Shown here: positions 59,891 to 64,000 of the stretch, one piece after another
Layout: each line of letters starts with the position of its first letter
Numbering within the stretch: position 1 is the stretch's first letter
Assembly: GCA_030704615.1 (NCBI GenBank)
Contig: CM060734.1
Span: forward strand, 32,674,001 to 32,738,000
DNA from: Takakia lepidozioides
Lineage: Eukaryota > Plantae > Bryophyta
Length of the DNA stretch: 64,000 nucleotides
Direction of reading: 5' to 3'
Program-made: the position numbers and the translations under genes
Notes under the pieces: generated by a model
Seen by the model: only the letters and a program-made list of their open reading frames with translations
Told to the model about the DNA's origin: nothing
Databases searched by the model: none

Positions 59891-60869
59891 GAAGGCTCTT
59901 GTAGTGTGACCTGGGTATATATATATATATGACGCCAACCGAAGCTAGCATAAATAAGAGCCTCTTCCCCTTGCGGGTACTACCCCCTTTCAGGGATGGG
60001 CTCTATCCGTACCGTAACCTGTCACAGAGTGGCTAGCTGGCCAATCTTACATTTACTGAGGATTAGGGATGTGAGTGATGAAATAGCCGTGAAATGCAAG
60101 GCTCGTAGTAGAGGTGTAGTGTATTTTGGTGGTAGGTTGAGATTATCTTTCAAACCTTGGGTATGAGCACCGCACCCCCGACACCCGCGGTGATGACGGT
60201 CAGAGGTGCCATGTTCCAGCCTCGCTACGGAGGGCATGTATGATTGGGTCATATTTTTCGTAATTGAACCCGGATATTAGTATTCCGTTCCGATTGGTGT
60301 AACCCTCTGTGGTCTCTCATGTAACACTGGTTAGTCCATTTTATACTTAGCCAAATATGGACTTAGTCAAATTTCGAGACCAAGTGTGAGTTACCAATCC
60401 ATTTTGTGTAACCCCTAGTGGAGTTACACATCTCGTCGTGTAACCCCCACTAGAGTTTACACGTTTACACTCCTTCAGTTCCATGTCACTCTCAAGAGAG
60501 GGTGGGGAAGATTTGACATGCCAAAAACCGGCGTACCATCTTGAGCGTGTGCATTAAGTTTACATTATTTCTATTATCTTCCGAATACAATGTTATATAA
60601 TCCGGATATTAGTTCTCATCCAAATCTCATTTTTTGGATGAACAGCATCGAACGAAGCACATTCAGCCGAGGTCAGCGCTTGCCGTACCAAAGACAGGTG
60701 GGGTCCCCGGACGAGAAAACATGTATTGATTCTTGGGTCATCTCGCACATCGCATGAAGAATCTTCTAGTCTGGATCCCTCGCTGTCACATTCCTTGAGC
60801 TTGGAAAATCTATTCATGGTCTCCGATACATTGTGTACAGAGAGGCATGACTTTTGTATATATGTGCAG

Positions 60870-63200
60870 AGAAGAGGGGGAGATGGTGATGGAATGTTGT
60901 TGTGTATCTGAGCATACCCAAGTGTAGAAAGAAGATGTAAGCCGAAGTAGTGTGAGTCCAATTTGGAAGATCGCTTCCACATCCACAAGATTATGGTCGG
61001 AAGGATCGCAGGGGCATGAGAAGATCCTTGTAAGAGCTGACCTGGGTCTTTGGAATTCATACTAGAAACAGATGTTCTGAGCTGGGCGATTTCTTCACTA
61101 AGAAAGTTGTCTCAAACAAAACAATCTCCAACAAAAATTGAAGAATATTTGAACCAACCTCCAAAAGAGATGTCAATCCAACTCAATGCTTCACAAATGG
61201 ATGTTGCCAAGATGCCAAGCCTGCCCAGTTTCTATATGTCCTGGGAATGATGAATTGAAGAGATTTCTGGCACAATTGGCTCAGCTAGTCAAAGGATAAT
61301 CAGAGGGGCTTCTTGGCTTTTTTGGGAGGTCCGTCGTAAACATTCTTGAGTAGGGAGCGTATTGAGACTGGTTTGCGGTTGACCGTCTGCACATAGAATG
61401 ACGTTGACAAGTGCCCACAAGTTTTGTAGACACACCAATCAAGCATCAACGTAACAAGATGGTGAGCATTATCGGTAGGCTGAGAAAGAAGAGAAACTTT
61501 GTAACGTCCACAGAATGTACTCATAAAATGTTGTTTGCCATAGCCATAACGTCCACGCTGAGAGAGAGAGAGAATGTACTCATGAGACGTCGTTGTTTCA
61601 CGTCTTGCGGCCATAGACCCAGCGCCCAGTTTGGGCAGAAGAGAGAGGGGGGGAGGGAGAGAGAGGGAGAGAGACACAGAGAGTTGCAGGTCGCTTACTG
61701 TTTTAATTTCTACATGTGAGACATATCCATATTATCATTCATCGAGAAACCAGAAGATGATAGTACAGAGCATAAATATACAAAGCACACATGGAGCAGA
61801 CACAGGGCCTTAGAGAAAAGACCAACCAGCAATGCGTTATATCCAGATTTTATCCTTTCACTCATAGTGAGTCCATCCAAGTAGTTGCTCAGTGCAGTCT
61901 GCAACTGAAAGTTCTCGTCACCCCGCTTGTTTCTCTCCAGTTCTATCGCCATCTTGTCCAGCATTACCTGCCCCATCCCGGTATACTTCTTTGGAGAGTC
62001 AACCAACTTCACCAATTTATTTTGTACAAGTTTTCAGTAACATAGGAGGCCATCGGTGTAAGGTGGGTTCCTCACTGCTAGAATTCATCTAGTGGCCTTC
62101 ATTGCTTGCATTGGATAAACTGCATGACTAGTTGTAACTTGAAAATGATGTTCATGTAAGATCATGAAAATACAGCAGCATAAATCAGATCAATCCGTGT
62201 TTGCTCAGTTATGCTGTTTCTGTCGTATAGTGTTTGTTGGTGTAGGCTTTCATCTGTCTGAAACTCTTCACATACTTTTCTCTCAGAGGTTTGTGAGACA
62301 ATACATTGGATACAACAGATTCTGACCTTGTTGTAGCGTCTATAAAATTTGGCGAGATAGTCTAGTTCCTCTACTTCAACACCAGCATCATCCACAGCAT
62401 GCGATGACCACCAAAATTTGGATCCTTGAGGGGAGACGGGCTCTGTTGGAAGCTGGCTTGTGATGGGAAGTTCCACATCTATGATGCTCCGTTCCCTTGC
62501 CCTGGGAACCACCCTGTTGAGCTCCACTGTAGGCACGACAGCAACTGCCTTACACGCTGCAGAGTTAAGATCCACAGTTACAGAAAGTGCGTTAATGTTG
62601 GCAGAGAGTGGATCCTTGCAAGGCACTACTGCATGCAGTTCATAAACTTCAGATCTGAGATGAAATCTGAAAAGAGAAGGACAAAGTCGAGTCATCTGGT
62701 GTGTGAGAGCCAAAAGCTCTGACAAAGATCAAAGCTTGATGTGAGAATTGAGTACGTTAAAATACAGGACCTTACAGCTGTCATCTGCAGCCATCTCTTC
62801 GTCAAGCCTAGCGCCTGGCAGTGTGGGGATGGAGGAGACGTACAATGGATCAAAGGGAAAGATTTTCTCGTGCTCTGTTTCCAGCTGTGACATCACTCCA
62901 GGCCATGATTTAGCATGCCCAGCATGTAAGTGTCACATAATTCTGCAAATGATTTGGACATTCAACCCTTGTTATTTGTGTTTCCAGGATGAGTAAAAAC
63001 ACTTTTCCAGTCTCACACCAGCCCTGACACCATACGATTCCTGGATTAGGCTCAAATCCTACCCTGCAGTTGAATGCTGCTAGCTTGAGCAGGCGCTTAG
63101 CCAAACTGAGTTTTGTCTGCAGATCCTTGCTGACCTCCCCTACATCATTAGAAATTTTCTGCCAAACAAAAGCACACAGATAGAAAAACTTCATTCATCT
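60870..63200 (-). other. Probable multi-exon coding remnants of an unidentified gene
   Basis: Protein-like ORFs 62910..63194, 62162..62725, 61710..62015 and 60593..61060 are separated by T-rich, intron-like stretches. No family recognised. Confidence 0.35.
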
Positions 63201-63721
63201 GGGATCACGAGTGAATCTGTGTGTTAGCTTGGTTTGCCTCACGGTTGTGAAAGAAGGATAAAATGTGCTCCCTTCTCCATCTTTTGGAAACTACAAACAT
63301 GGTCTCCTTGACAAGCTCTCCACTCCTAAAGTAAGCAAGCAAGAAAGGAACCTTGTAACAGCCATGGGAAGCTCAAATAGATTATTGCATGATAACAGAT
63401 AAAACAACAGAGAAAAGTGGGTCAGCCACCACAACCATAAAACTACAAAGATACAGGGACTCAGCACAGAGGGAGAGAGAATATATTCATAAGACGTTTG
63501 CTGTAGCCTTGAGAAAGTACTCATAAGACGTTGTTTGCCATAGCCTTGTGGCCATTGACCCCGCGCCCAGTTTACGCGGAACACCATGGGATGGAACCTA
63601 CCTTTGTCAGGGGCTGACGCCGGTAGTAAGACTTACCTTGGAATACACAATTGATCCGGGTTTTCCAGATATCCTCTAGAAATCCCTTTACACAAGCATC
63701 AACCTGCTGTGTGTGGTTTGC

Positions 63722-64000
63722 CTAATAACTAGGCCCCAAAAGGGCCTGGGCTTTTGGCTCAGCCTCGAGACTTTCAAAGTTGTTAAACAGAGGTACAGGC
63801 ACACAATGAATCAGGAAATGAATATTGTCTTCAGGTTGCCCACACAGCGGGCAATTGCACTCTCCCTTTCCTCTCTGCTTCTGTTTGCTGTTCAAAGGTA
63901 GGCTTCCTGCCCTGAGTTTAAATTTCAGTCTATTGGGTAGACCCTTGAAGTCATCCATGATGTCCTCCCCCATGTCACAGACTGGAAACAAATTCAGGGA
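63722..64000 (-). mobile_element. Non-LTR (LINE) ORF2 C-terminal fragment
   Basis: KLRAGSLPLN...CPLCGQPEDNIHFLIHC matches the C-terminal CCHC motif of LINE ORF2. Confidence 0.6.

Overview
Repeat-rich land-plant nuclear DNA, probably from a non-seed plant (inferred from the many PLS-class PPR/DYW relics and plastid-gene cargo). No intact host gene is evident. The window is a field of PPR pseudogene fragments carrying nested transposons. These are a rearranged chromovirus (LTRs 3124-3848 and 28507-29229), a Pack-type CACTA filled with PPR fragments (20306-28421), a hAT-type shell (39663-59747) and a MULE-like transposase. The main result is two independent ~11.8-kb insertions of one unusual Ty3/Gypsy-like family (7043-18897 minus, TSD GATG; 42305-54060 plus, TSD ACTG). 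The family encodes Gag, protease and a DNMT3-like C5 cytosine methyltransferase, then an in-frame UAG-CAA-CCA readthrough-type stop, then RT, RNase H, DDE integrase and a PHD finger. Instead of two ordinary LTRs it has split direct repeats, A-internal-B-GC-A-B. This layout equals a two-LTR circle opened at an internal palindromic site, GACA-GC-TGTC. The element also has a self-complementary (Tf1-like) primer site and a variable 5' cargo slot holding intronless host gene pieces (kinesin-13 and a TPR gene in one copy, plastid PSRP5/cL37 in the other). All calls were made by eye from the sequence and ORF track; no searches were run.
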